A stretch of DNA of 64,000 bases from assembly GCA_963844935.1 (NCBI GenBank), contig CAWJQH010000004.1:236307-300306 (forward strand), in the 5' to 3' direction. Positions 1 to 10,822 of this stretch are shown piece by piece. The position numbers and the translations under genes were made by a program. The notes beneath the pieces are model-generated. The model was not told where the DNA came from. It ran no database searches and was given only the letters and a program-made list of their open reading frames with translations. This DNA is from an uncultured Bacteroidales bacterium. Lineage in GTDB: Bacteria > Bacteroidota > Bacteroidia > Bacteroidales > VadinHA17. Positions within the stretch are counted from its first letter, which is position 1. Each line of letters opens with the position of its first letter.

Positions 1-160
1 CGTTGTCATGACCGGTGAGACGGCAAAATACGGAAACATAATTCTTATAAAGGGTGTAACCCCCGCGTGATCAGACTGCCGGCTCCTGTCTGTTTTGCAG
101 AGCAGTGCACTGCCTGACAAGTTTTTCAAACAACTTTCAAACCTCATTAATCCCAGTAAT

Positions 161-1877
161 ATGAACACCTTCAGACTATCTTTTCAGTTTCTTATTGTGG
201 CAGCAGTTTTGGTTGCATTTAATTCAGATTATGCCATTGCCCAGAAACTGAAACCAGGGCCACAGGATCTCTCATTTTTCTCAACCGCGGATGAGAGGGA
301 TCAGCCGTATGCAATATATATTCCGGAAAACTTTGACGAGACAAAAGCCTATCCGCTTGTTGTGTTCCTTCACGGAGCGTGGTCAAACCACCGGCTGGGA
401 CTGAGGCGGCTGTTTGGCGTGGGAAACAGCCAGGGATATGATTTTATCAAGCCCGGCAATGTCCCGTTCGAGACAGACGTTGAGGCCACAAGATACTGGC
501 CGCCATTTAAGTCAGTTGATTATATAGCCGCAGCGCCGTACGCAAGGGGCACTGCAGGCTACCAGGGCATTCCCGAACAGGATGTTTATGAAATGCTCGA
601 TGATATCAAGTCCCGCTTTCTGATAGATGAAGACCGGATCTATCTGACAGGTCTTTCAATGGGAGGTGGCGGCACTCTCTGGCTTGGAATGACACGTCCG
701 GACGTCTGGGCCGCTATTGCCCCTGTGTGCCCCGCACCGCCTGATGGCACCATCGACCTTGCCGGCAATGCCCTGAACATACCGGTACATCTGTTCATCG
801 GCGACAAGGACTTTCTCTACAAAACAGCATCAGAGTGGAAGGCCAGGCTCGAAACAACAGCCCAGAGGCTCGACTATGTTGAATATCCCGGTGTCGGCCA
901 TAACAGCTGGGAGTGGGCATATAAGGACGGATTTATTTTTGACTGGTTCTCACAGTTCAAAAGAGACATGTTATCCGACGCAGGTTAAATTCAGTTCGAA
1001 GTGGTTTAAATACAATAAGGCTTACTGGGTTACATTTGACGACATGGTTCCCGGAACCATGGCAACCATTGATGCACGTTTTACCGCAGCCAATTCAGTT
1101 GAAGTGACCAGCTCAGGAGTTGGCGCTTTTACTCTGAACCTGTCAGGCCATCCTCTGTTCAATTCCGACAAAAAAGTAACGGTAAAGGTTGATGGCAAAT
1201 CCTTTTCAGTAAGGAGCGGCGGTGCAGTTTCCTTTATGAAAACAGGCGGGTCATGGGCAAACAGGAAATTCACTCCCGGTCTTACCGCCAAACAGCCGGG
1301 CGCCGAAGGCCCTCTGTATGCTGCAGTGACAGGCGGCCATGTCTATGTTTACGGCACAGGAGGCAATCCTTCGCCTGAAGAGCTTGCAGCCAGGAGGGAA
1401 CAGGCGGCTTCAGCGGCTGACTGGTCGGGCATGGGCGGACGCATAATGGTGTTCCCGAGAGTGATCGCTGACAGGGAAGTAAGGGAAAGCGATTATGTGA
1501 CTGCAAACCTTATCCTGTTCGGTACCCGCGAGACAAATTCAATAATTGAAAAGTTCGCCGACAAACTGCCGCTGCACCTTAATTCAGCTGCCGAAGGCTA
1601 TGGCCTTGTTTATATTTTTCCGATGAACAGGCATTACATGCTGATCAACTCGGGACTTTCATGGTGGACTCCTCCGAAGAACCCCTCCGGCCAGGCCGGT
1701 TATGCCTTTATGGGCTCCAAAGTGGAGATGCTGAAAAAGTTCCAGGATTATGTACTCTTTAAGGAGAACACGGACAATATTGTGTCACAGGGTCTCTTTG
1801 ACAGTAACTGGAAACTTCCGGCGGAAGCAATCGAAACCCTTAAAGGCACCGGAGCTGTTACCCTCATTCAGCAGTGA
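161..1877 (+). pseudogene. secreted alpha/beta-hydrolase (esterase / S9-peptidase-like) with ~300-aa C-terminal domain; one frame break as assembled
   Basis: ATG 161 gives signal peptide MNTFRLSFQFLIVAAVLVAFNSDYAIAQ. Nucleophile elbow GLSMGG. ORF 95..988 stops at 988, but the +1-frame ORF 876..1877 continues the protein (..FDWFSQFKRD | YPTQVKFSSKWF..). The switch is at ~965-975 beside an A-run. Confidence 0.6.
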
Positions 1878-1907
1878 ATATTAAATAAGCTAAAACCGCT
1901 ATCAGAA

Positions 1908-2759
1908 ATGAAGAATGCATTTTTATCCCTAATTGCCCTGGTTCTCTTTCCCTCCGTAATGGCGGGTCAGGAGGATTCATCATGGTTCACGGTCAGGGAG
2001 GTGGCAAAGGATGTCTGGCAGATCATTGACAGGGGTCCGAATATTTACCTGATCATCGGTCACGACAGCGCCCTGGTTGTCGATACCGGGAATGGCGCAG
2101 CCGACCTGGCAGGCCAGATCCGGAAGATAACGGATAAGCCTCTCATAGTGGTTAACACTCACGGTCACGGTGACCACACCGGGGCAAACTACCAGTTTCC
2201 ACAGGTATGTGTTCATGAAGCTGACCTTGAATCTGCCGTTGCGTCAGGCACATATGACCGGGCAAAATCAATGCTGGAAAATCTTCCTGAAGCAGAAAGG
2301 CCACGGGAAGAAGAACGGTTTAAAGGCAAACCTTTTAATACCAGGCTGGTGCCCGTGACGGACGGTGATCTTTTCAACCTTGGAGACCGGTGGATAAAAG
2401 TTATCGAAACTCCGGGGCATACTACCGGCAGCATCTGCCTCCTGGATATCAGTAACAAGCTCCTCTTTGCCGGTGACACCAACAACGGCCTTGTATGGCT
2501 CTGGCTGCCCGGGTGCCTGCCGCTGAGCAAGTACCTTGTGACACTCGAAAAGCAGGCGGAAAGAATGAGTGATTTCACAACTATTTTTCCCGGCCACGGA
2601 GACCCCATGCCGGCCGAATTCATCCTCGACCAGGTGGCCTGTGTAAAGTCAATTCTGGACGGTACATGCCAGGGGGAGCCGTATGAATCTTATCCGGGCA
2701 ATCCCAGGGTGTGTGCATCCGGAAAAGCCCGGGTGGCATTTAATCCAGAGAATTTATAG
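1908..2759 (+). CDS. secreted MBL-fold metallo-hydrolase
   Basis: Signal peptide MKNAFLSLIALVLFPSVMAG. HxHxDH zinc motif in NTHGHGDHTG, with later His in ETPGHTTGS and FPGHGD. Confidence 0.8.
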   Translation: MKNAFLSLIALVLFPSVMAGQEDSSWFTVREVAKDVWQIIDRGPNIYLIIGHDSALVVDTGNGAADLAGQIRKITDKPLIVVNTHGHGDHTGANYQFPQVCVHEADLESAVASGTYDRAKSMLENLPEAERPREEERFKGKPFNTRLVPVTDGDLFNLGDRWIKVIETPGHTTGSICLLDISNKLLFAGDTNNGLVWLWLPGCLPLSKYLVTLEKQAERMSDFTTIFPGHGDPMPAEFILDQVACVKSILDGTCQGEPYESYPGNPRVCASGKARVAFNPENL

Positions 2760-2786
2760 TTAATATTGCGGTCTGATTTTTAAACC

Positions 2787-3398
2787 ATGAGCAATATTAA
2801 AAACGTTGTCTTTGACATCGGGGGCGTCCTTATAGACTGGAACCCCAGGCATCTGTACCGAAAGATTTTCAGCAGCGGGGAGGAGATGGAACGGTTCCTC
2901 TCGGAAGTATGTACTTATGAATGGAATGTTCAGCAGGACGGCGGCAAGCTTTTCAGCGAAGCCACTGCCGAGCTCTCTGCCAGGTTTCCCGAATACAGTG
3001 ATAAAATTGCCCTTTATTATGGCCGCTGGGAGGAGATGCTCGGCGGGGAGCTCACTGATACGGTGAAGATCTTCAATGAGCTTAAATCGGCCGGAATGCC
3101 CCTCTACGCCCTCACAAACTGGTCGCATGAAGCTTTTCCGGTGGCATATGAACGCTATGGTTTCATGAAACAGTTTGACGGGATTGTGGTTTCGGGATAC
3201 GAAAAGCTGCTCAAGCCTGATCATGCGATTTACCGGGTGCTGATGGGCAGATATAATGTAAATCCGGCAGAATCGGTCTATATTGACGACAACAAAGCCA
3301 ACGCTGACGCAGCAGCAGAACTCGGGTTCCATTCGATACACTTTCAGTCGGCAGACCATCTCCGGCAGGAGCTTCGGTCTTTGGGACTGAAGCTCTAG
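2787..3398 (+). CDS. HAD-superfamily hydrolase/phosphatase (IA-like)
   Basis: N-terminal motif VVFDIGGVLIDW and C-terminal YIDDNKANADAA motif. 203 aa is typical for the family. Confidence 0.75.
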   Translation: MSNIKNVVFDIGGVLIDWNPRHLYRKIFSSGEEMERFLSEVCTYEWNVQQDGGKLFSEATAELSARFPEYSDKIALYYGRWEEMLGGELTDTVKIFNELKSAGMPLYALTNWSHEAFPVAYERYGFMKQFDGIVVSGYEKLLKPDHAIYRVLMGRYNVNPAESVYIDDNKANADAAAELGFHSIHFQSADHLRQELRSLGLKL

Positions 3399-3460
3399 AT
3401 TTCCGTTGATTTTGCACTGCAGAATCTTTCTGTCTATATTTGAGTGTTAAACTTTCCATT

Positions 3461-4228
3461 ATGAAAAACACTCAGAAACAAGGTTTTTCTGACCGTCACA
3501 GATCAAATTCTGCGTTATTCTGCGGTGCGAAACATTTCATTCTTATTGCATCATTTCTGTTTTTTCTGAGTGGAACAGTTCATTCCCAGGAGCCTGTTGT
3601 AGTGACAACAGTCAAAAAACCTGCGGAAACGGAAAAAAAGGATTCATTGACAGTTGCCGGAGAAGCTCCGGCCAAAACTGTCCGGGATACGGTTCCTGCC
3701 GGGAAGGAAACGAACACCGCTTTATTGAACGAACTTGTACTGAAGTCCAACTCAGTTGTAACCTTTGACAAAATCTCAATTGGGCTTGGCATCGGGCAGG
3801 ATTACGGAGGCGTTGGGGGTAGCTTCCTGTATTACCCGCAGAGGAATATCGGACTTTTCTTAGGTATTGGCTACAACCTGGCCAGTGTGGGTTACAACCT
3901 GGGGGTTAAATCCAGGATTGCCCTCGGGAGCAGCACAAGCCATGTACTGCTATCTTTCCTGGCGATGTACGGATATAATGCCGTTATAAGGGTTCAGGAT
4001 TACCAGGATCTCAATAAGGTGTTTTACGGCCCCACTATTGGTGCGGGAGTGGATTTTAAACCATTCAGGTATTCAGATGACTACATATGCATGTCATTAT
4101 TCGTGCCGCTGAGGAGTTCCGAGGTACAGGATTATGTGGATTATCTGGAACAGGTCTATAACGTGGTGTTTGAACAAGGGCTGATTCCTGTGACATTTTC
4201 ATTCGGTTACAGGATAGTCTTTCAATAA
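3461..4228 (+). CDS. hypothetical secreted protein, Gly/Tyr-rich C-terminal half (possible small OM beta-barrel)
   Basis: ATG 3461 (MKNTQKQ..). Hydrophobic segment ILIASFLFFLSGTVHSQ. C-terminal alternating G/Y pattern ending ..SFGYRIVFQ. Confidence 0.55.
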   Translation: MKNTQKQGFSDRHRSNSALFCGAKHFILIASFLFFLSGTVHSQEPVVVTTVKKPAETEKKDSLTVAGEAPAKTVRDTVPAGKETNTALLNELVLKSNSVVTFDKISIGLGIGQDYGGVGGSFLYYPQRNIGLFLGIGYNLASVGYNLGVKSRIALGSSTSHVLLSFLAMYGYNAVIRVQDYQDLNKVFYGPTIGAGVDFKPFRYSDDYICMSLFVPLRSSEVQDYVDYLEQVYNVVFEQGLIPVTFSFGYRIVFQ

Positions 4229-4266
4229 AGTAATCAGATTATGGATGAACTGTTAGTCCGGCAACA

Positions 4267-6040
4267 ATGAGGCGGATCCTTTTTACATCTGCGATTCTGA
4301 TATTTGGCCTGTCTGCCGTTACATACGGTCAGAATAAAAGTCCGAAACGGGGAATATGCGGTGATGCATCACCTCAGGACCTGGTCATTCTTGCCCCGTC
4401 AGTCACATGGTATTACGACTGGGGCGTAGAACCACCGGCCGTATCGCAGGGCCAGCTTTCGGGGATAGAATGGGTGCCGATGTGCTGGGGAGCTGTTTAT
4501 CCCGGCGATGTGGCAGGCATTGAGGCCAGGATACCAGCAGGGAGTAAATACCTCCTCGGATTTAACGAACCTAACTTTAAATCGCAGGCAAACCTGACAC
4601 CGGCACAGGCTGCCTCAATGTGGCCGAACCTTGAAAAAATCGCCGCAGACAAGGGGCTGGAACTTGTAAGTCCCGCAGTAAACTGGTGCGGCGATTGTGT
4701 GGACGGAGTCACAAATGATCCGGTTGACTGGCTCGATAAGTTCTTTGCGGCCTGTCCCGGATGCAAAGTGGATTACATTGCCATCCACAGCTATGCCCCC
4801 GGCTCAGCAGCCTTAAGCAATTACCTGGATAAGTTCAGGAAATACAACAAGCCGTTGTGGATCACGGAATTCGCTCCGTGGGACCCGCCAAAGCCCGACT
4901 TTGAAGGCGTTGTGAAATACATGAAGGAAGCGATACCGATACTTGAAAACGATCCGTCGGTTTTCAGGTATTCCTGGTTTGCCACAAGGGTCGGCATTAA
5001 TCCGGATATAAGCCTGCTCGGGGCAAACGGGACTCTGACAAAACTGGGACAGCTTTATGCCAGCATGGCGTTTCAGGGGATGACTTCCGATCTGCCTCCC
5101 GTTGCAATGGCAGGACCGGACATATTTATAAATGAGCCTGCATCAACAGCAACCCTGAAAGGATCAGTTTATGACGCAAACGGGGATGTGCCATCCATCG
5201 TCTGGACCCAGGTCAGCGGTCCTGGTACGGCAGTATTCGACAACAGTGCCATTGCCACTCCGGCAGTCTCAGGTCTTGTTCCGGGAATATACACATTCAG
5301 GATCACTGCAACCGCGGGAGGCAAGACCGATTATGATGAGGTTTCGGTAACGGTGGGCCCTCCGAATATTGCACTCAGCAAACCGGCCACAGCATCATCC
5401 GTGGAAAGTACTTCAACACCTGCCTCGGCTGTCAACGACGGAAATAAAAATAGCCGGTGGTCATCCGCGTTCTCCGATCCGCAATGGATAAGAATTGACC
5501 TGCAGTCTGCGTACAATCTGACAGGTGCAAGGATTTTCTGGGAGGCAGCGGCTGCAAAGAATTTTGAAATTCAGGTTTCAAACAATGGTACAACATGGAC
5601 TTCGGTGTTTTCAACATCCGGCGGCGACGGGGGAACAGATAATTTTTCATTCACGGCAACCGGAAGATATATCAGGATGTTTTCAACTGCCAGAACCACC
5701 CAGTACGGAAATTCAATTTATGAATTCGAAGTCTTCGGCACTTTGCAGACAGGAATTGAAGATCAGTCTGCCACAGGAAACATTTTCGGTATATCCCAAT
5801 CCGGTAACAGGGGGCATCGTACATATTTCATTCAGCAGTGACCTGGCAGGCAACGATGTAATATTGTCAGTCAACAGTATTTCGGGACAACTGATTTGTT
5901 CCGACATAATTAAGATTACGGACGAAGAAGCCGGTGACATCCCTTTTCCCATTAATGACCAGATGAGATCAGGCATCTATATTTTAACAGCCAGGGGTAA
6001 AAACATCATTAAGCATACTAATCTGATAATTGTTAACTAA
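4267..6040 (+). pseudogene. secreted glycoside hydrolase (catalytic-core type, ..LGFNEPN.. / ..WITEFA..) - PKD-like - F5/8 type C (discoidin) - T9SS C-terminal sorting domain; one frame break
   Basis: ORF 4267..5841 carries the signal peptide, NEP/TEF catalytic motifs, a PKD-like segment and a discoidin-like segment (NDGNKNSRWSS..WIRIDL). The T9SS CTD (FSVYPNPVTGGIVHISFSS..GIYILTARGKN) lies in the +1-frame ORF 5525..6040. The switch is at ~5775-5790 near a TTTT run. Confidence 0.65.
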
Positions 6041-6099
6041 TTCTTTATAATTATTTCAATATATTTATAATATACCCCCGTATTATTCATATTAATTAA

Positions 6100-6107
6100 T
6101 ATTTTTG
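6100..6107 (+). promoter_or_regulatory. Bacteroidota-type -7 box (TATTTTTG, matches TAnnTTTG)
   Basis: Exact match to the TAnnTTTG consensus in the AT-rich spacer upstream of gltB. No clear -33 TTTG partner. Confidence 0.3.
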
Positions 6108-6211
6108 GCCCTGATAGTTAATAAATGAATTCAATCATTACAACATTGTCACTTAGCATTGCTTTAAGGATAAATGCATCCTGATGAGAGTGGTATATTA
6201 ATACTGGAATT

Positions 6212-6249
6212 AAAAAAACCGTTCTCAGGAAAACAGAGAGCGGTTTTTT
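6212..6249 (+). terminator. intrinsic-terminator-like hairpin plus T6, 26 nt upstream of the gltB start
   Basis: AAAAAACCGTTCTC-AGGAAAACA-GAGAGCGGTTTTTT. 8-bp stem (one G-T pair) extended by A/T pairing, followed by a T-run. Confidence 0.6.
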
Positions 6250-6275
6250 AGTTTTTAATAATAACGGCATTGGGC

Positions 6276-9200
6276 ATGAAAACAGAACGACCGGTTGAGC
6301 AGGGGTTATACAGGCATGATTTTGAGCACGGAAGCTGCGGGATAGGATTTGTTGCTCATATAAGGGGGGAGAAATCTCACGCTATCATCAGCCAGGGCCT
6401 TGACATACTCAGGAACATGACACACAGAGGGGCCGAGGGTGCCGACAGCAAGACCGGTGACGGCGCCGGCATAATGATACAGGTGCCCCGCGATTTTTAT
6501 CTTATTCAGGGCTTCAATCTGCCCCAGGAGGGAAAATACGGCACGGGATTGGTTTTCCTTCCACGTGAAAGAACAGAAGCGTTGAGATGCGAGGAATTGC
6601 TGGAATCAATTACCCTGGAAGAAGGAGCGACCATCATTGGTTACAGGGAAGTACCCCGCGATAATTCAGTGCTGGGTGACATTTCAGGAGCTGCGGAGCC
6701 TTACATTAAACAGGTATTCATTAAGGCAGACCTTCAGCCTGAGGATCTGGAACGAACATTATATATCATCAGGAAACGGGTCGAGAGGGCAATACGGGAA
6801 TCTGACCTGCGACAAAAAAGCTTCTTTTACATTCCAAGCCTGTCGTCACGAGTGCTTGTTTACAAAGGGATGCTCACATCCGTTCAGTTAAGGGATTATT
6901 ATTCTGACCTTACAGATGTGCGGTTGGAAAGTGCCATTGCCATGGTACATTCAAGGTTCAGCACAAACACCTTTCCGAGCTGGGATCTGGCCCAGCCATT
7001 CCGCTTTCTTGGGCATAACGGGGAGATCAATACAATAAGAGGGAACAGACTGTGGATGGAGGCCAGGGAATCTATCCTGAGGTCGGAAAAACTGGGAGAT
7101 CTTTCCAGGATCTACCCGCTTATAGAACCGGATAAAAGCAATTCAGCCTCACTGGACAACGTGCTTGAGTTTCTCATCATGAGCGGCAAGAGCCTGCCCT
7201 ATGCGATGGCAATATTAATTCCTGAATCAATCAACGCCAAAAATCCGATACCGGGGGAACTGCGGGACTTTTATCATTATTATTCGACTATCATGGAGCC
7301 GTGGGACGGTCCCGCTTCGCTGATCGTCTCGGACGGAAGGTATATTGGCGGTATGCTGGACCGGAACGGGCTCAGGCCTTCAAGATATTTAATAACTACC
7401 AATGACCTGATAGTTATGGGATCAGAAGCCGGCGTACTGACATTTCCGCCCGGAATGATAAAGGAAAAAGGAAGGCTTAAGCCTGGCAAAATGATGCTGG
7501 TTGATACAAAGGAAGGGAAGATCTATAACGACGGGGAATTGAAAGCAAAGCTGGCAGGTGAGTTTCCTTACGGGCAGTGGATAAAGCAGAACATGGTAAA
7601 CCTTGAGGAGATTGAGACCGGACATGTTGAAACTCCGGAACTGGGCCCGGATTATGAAAAATACATAGTCTCATTCAATTACTCCGGGGAAGATATCGAA
7701 AAGATAATCGGAGAGATGGCCGCAACAGGCAAGGAACCTATAAGTTCGATGGGTAACGATGCACCGCTGGCCGTACTGTCTGAAAAGCCTTATCGTCTTT
7801 TTAATTATTTCAAGCAGCATTTCGCTCAGGTGACCAACCCTCCGATTGATCCCATCAGGGAAGAGCTGGTCATGACTCTTTCAGGATATCTGGGGTCCCT
7901 GCAGCAGAACCTCCTTGATGAGAGTCCTGATCATGTTAAGATGGTGCGGTTCCGGAACCCGGTAATTTCAAACACCTATTTCCAGATAGTAAAGAACCTT
8001 CGGTACAAAGGCTTTTCTGCTGCCAGCCTTAAGATGCATTTCGATGCCGCAAAGGGCGCTGAAGGGCTGCGCGATGCAATTGACCAGCTGTGCCGTGATG
8101 CAGAAAAGGCGGTGGATGAGGGTAAGAATTATATCATCCTTTCTGACCGCGGGATTGACGAGAACACTGCTCCGGTGCCCTCCCTCATTGCTGTCTCTGC
8201 AGTGCATCATCACCTGATAAGAAAACGCAAGAGGATGCAAATTGATCTTGTGGTTGAATTTGCCGAACCGCGTGAAGTCATGCACTTTGCCCTTCTCTTC
8301 GGCTATGGGGCCAGCATAATAAATCCTTATATGGTTTTTGCCATAATTGACAGGATGGTTAAGGAGAAAGCAATACAGCTGGACTACCAGAAAGCCGAGG
8401 AGAATTATATCAATTCAATCCAGAAAGGCATACTGAAGATAATGTCAAAGATGGGTATAAGCACTTTGAGGAGTTATCGTTCTTCACAAATATTCGAAGC
8501 GGTCGGAATACATCCTGAAGTAATCGACAGATACTTTGAAGGCACTGCATCAAGGATAGGAGGCATAGGCCTGAGTGAAATTGCCGAAGAGGTTATTATT
8601 CCTCACAGACAAGCATTTGCTGACGAACAACGGGAAGAAAAACTGACGGAAGGCGTCTATTCATATCGCAGGAATGGTGAAATGCATGCATGGAATCCCG
8701 AGATCATTGCGCACCTTCAATGGAGTACAGCCACAGGTGACCGGAGTATCTTCAGAGCTTACACGGAAAGGGCCAACAAAGACACCGCCCGCCCTCTGTT
8801 TATAAGGGGCCTGATTAAGATCAGGAAAAATCATATTCCGCTTGATGAGGTTGAACCGGCCGAAAATATTATGAGGAGATTTGTTACGGGTGCCATGTCC
8901 TACGGATCAATAAGCAGGGAAGCACATGAGTGCCTTGCCGTTGCAATGAACCGTATCGGCGGAAGAAGCAATACGGGCGAAGGAGGCGAAGACCCTGCAA
9001 GGTTCATTCCCCGTGAAGACGGAACTAGCGCAAGAAGTGCAATAAAACAGGTAGCCAGCGGACGGTTTGGCGTCACAACGGAATACCTTGTCAATGCCGA
9101 TGAGATACAGATAAAGATAGCCCAGGGTGCGAAACCCGGCGAGGGCGGCCAGCTTCCGGGCCATAAGGTAGATAACATTATTGCAAAGACCCGATACTCA

Positions 9201-10805
9201 ATTCCCGGCATAACCCTTATCTCACCTCCGCCGCATCACGATATATACTCTATTGAAGACCTGGCACAATTGATTTTTGATCTGCGCAATGTAAATCCCC
9301 GTGCCAGGATCAGTGTCAAGCTGGTCTCTGAGTCGGGTGTGGGTACGATAGCTGCAGGAGTAACCAAGGCCGGAGCTGACCTGATAACAATTTCCGGTTT
9401 CGAAGGGGGCACCGGTGCTTCTCCTGCCTCGTCAATCAGGCATGCGGGACTTCCGCTTGAGATGGGCGTGGCTGAGACCCAGCAGACACTTGTGATGAAT
9501 AATCTGCGCCGGAAGGTCATTCTTCAGGCCGACGGCCAATTGAAAACCGGAAGGGATGTTATAATCATGGCTTTGCTTGGAGCTGAGGAATTCGGATTTG
9601 CTACGGCTGCCCTGGTTGTCCTTGGTTGTGTCATGATGCGAAAATGCCATCTGAACACATGTCCTACCGGTGTGGCAACACAGAATTCCGAGCTCAGAAA
9701 AAGATTTTCAGGCAAAGCAGAAAACCTTGTCACCTTCTTCCGGTTTCTGGCGGAAGATGTCCGTGAACACCTTGCAGAGATGGGATTCAGAAAGCTTGAT
9801 GATATAATAGGCCGCTGCGATCTTCTCGAACGGGATCCGGGGGTAAACCACTGGAAGACAAACAATATAGACCTCTCAAAGCTGCTTCGGATACCTGACG
9901 AAGCCGGGACGAATGCCGTGTACTGCACTGAGAAAAATGTAAACAAAACGGGAGAGGTTCTTGACTTAGGCCTGCTTGATGAAGCAGAAAAAGCCATCTC
10001 GGAGAAAAGCCCTGTAGTAATCTGCAGATCAATCCGGAATACGGACCGGGCTACGGGTGCCATGCTCTCGGGCAGGATAGCTGAGCGTTATGGCTCATCA
10101 GGCTTGCCGGAAGGTACGATTAAATGCAGGTTCACAGGCTCGGCGGGACAAAGCTTCGGGGCTTTTCTTACTGCAGGAATCGAGTTTTATCTTGAAGGGG
10201 AGACAAATGACTATCTCGGCAAGGGGCTCTCCGGCGGACGAATTATCGTCAAACCGCCGCCAGGGTCGGTATTTGAGGCAGACAGGAACACAATTATAGG
10301 GAACACGGTGCTTTATGGCGCAACCGGCGGAGAAGCATTCATATCAGGCATCGCCGGGGAAAGGTTTGCCGTGCGCAACAGCGGTGCCATTGCCGTAGTT
10401 GAAGGAACAGGCAATCATTGCTGTGAATATATGACAGGCGGAAGGGTCGTCGTGCTTGGCAAAACCGGCAGCAATTTCGGTGCAGGAATGAGCGGCGGCA
10501 TTGCTTATGTCTTTGATGAAGACGGTGATTTTGACTATTACTGCAATATGGGAATGGTCGAACTTTCCCTGGTTGAGGATAACAGGGATATCGAAGAGCT
10601 TACCTCCCTGATATCCGGCCACTACAGGCACACTGACAGTAAAAAGGCAAAAATGATTCTGGATGACCCCGGTAAATTCATTCCCCGGTTTATCAAGGTC
10701 ACTCCGTACGATTATAAAAAAGTTCTGGAAGAGCAAAAACTGGAAGAGATAAAGAGGAAACTTGCCAATGTTGAGATGGACGTGGAAATGGGCACAGGAT
10801 ATTGA
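6276..10805 (+). CDS. gltB: glutamate synthase large subunit
   Basis: ~1509 aa. N-terminal Ntn amidotransferase Cys (HGSCGIGFVAHIRGEKSH), FMN/Fe-S central region, C-terminal GXGXG beta-helix region. Followed by gltD. Confidence 0.95.
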   Translation: MKTERPVEQGLYRHDFEHGSCGIGFVAHIRGEKSHAIISQGLDILRNMTHRGAEGADSKTGDGAGIMIQVPRDFYLIQGFNLPQEGKYGTGLVFLPRERTEALRCEELLESITLEEGATIIGYREVPRDNSVLGDISGAAEPYIKQVFIKADLQPEDLERTLYIIRKRVERAIRESDLRQKSFFYIPSLSSRVLVYKGMLTSVQLRDYYSDLTDVRLESAIAMVHSRFSTNTFPSWDLAQPFRFLGHNGEINTIRGNRLWMEARESILRSEKLGDLSRIYPLIEPDKSNSASLDNVLEFLIMSGKSLPYAMAILIPESINAKNPIPGELRDFYHYYSTIMEPWDGPASLIVSDGRYIGGMLDRNGLRPSRYLITTNDLIVMGSEAGVLTFPPGMIKEKGRLKPGKMMLVDTKEGKIYNDGELKAKLAGEFPYGQWIKQNMVNLEEIETGHVETPELGPDYEKYIVSFNYSGEDIEKIIGEMAATGKEPISSMGNDAPLAVLSEKPYRLFNYFKQHFAQVTNPPIDPIREELVMTLSGYLGSLQQNLLDESPDHVKMVRFRNPVISNTYFQIVKNLRYKGFSAASLKMHFDAAKGAEGLRDAIDQLCRDAEKAVDEGKNYIILSDRGIDENTAPVPSLIAVSAVHHHLIRKRKRMQIDLVVEFAEPREVMHFALLFGYGASIINPYMVFAIIDRMVKEKAIQLDYQKAEENYINSIQKGILKIMSKMGISTLRSYRSSQIFEAVGIHPEVIDRYFEGTASRIGGIGLSEIAEEVIIPHRQAFADEQREEKLTEGVYSYRRNGEMHAWNPEIIAHLQWSTATGDRSIFRAYTERANKDTARPLFIRGLIKIRKNHIPLDEVEPAENIMRRFVTGAMSYGSISREAHECLAVAMNRIGGRSNTGEGGEDPARFIPREDGTSARSAIKQVASGRFGVTTEYLVNADEIQIKIAQGAKPGEGGQLPGHKVDNIIAKTRYSIPGITLISPPPHHDIYSIEDLAQLIFDLRNVNPRARISVKLVSESGVGTIAAGVTKAGADLITISGFEGGTGASPASSIRHAGLPLEMGVAETQQTLVMNNLRRKVILQADGQLKTGRDVIIMALLGAEEFGFATAALVVLGCVMMRKCHLNTCPTGVATQNSELRKRFSGKAENLVTFFRFLAEDVREHLAEMGFRKLDDIIGRCDLLERDPGVNHWKTNNIDLSKLLRIPDEAGTNAVYCTEKNVNKTGEVLDLGLLDEAEKAISEKSPVVICRSIRNTDRATGAMLSGRIAERYGSSGLPEGTIKCRFTGSAGQSFGAFLTAGIEFYLEGETNDYLGKGLSGGRIIVKPPPGSVFEADRNTIIGNTVLYGATGGEAFISGIAGERFAVRNSGAIAVVEGTGNHCCEYMTGGRVVVLGKTGSNFGAGMSGGIAYVFDEDGDFDYYCNMGMVELSLVEDNRDIEELTSLISGHYRHTDSKKAKMILDDPGKFIPRFIKVTPYDYKKVLEEQKLEEIKRKLANVEMDVEMGTGY

Positions 10806-10822
10806 AAATTAAGGATAAGGCG

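Noticed and set aside
1-94. Possible minus-strand gene start (ATG complement at 7-9) running off the left edge
   Set aside because: Only three codons are visible, so it cannot be supported.
2760-3359. 199-aa minus-strand ORF
   Set aside because: It is antisense to the HAD hydrolase gene, whose motifs are clear.
6181-6215. CTGATGAG core reminiscent of a hammerhead ribozyme upstream of gltB
   Set aside because: No properly placed GAAA, no convincing stems II and III and no cleavage-site context. A 7-8-nt match is expected by chance.
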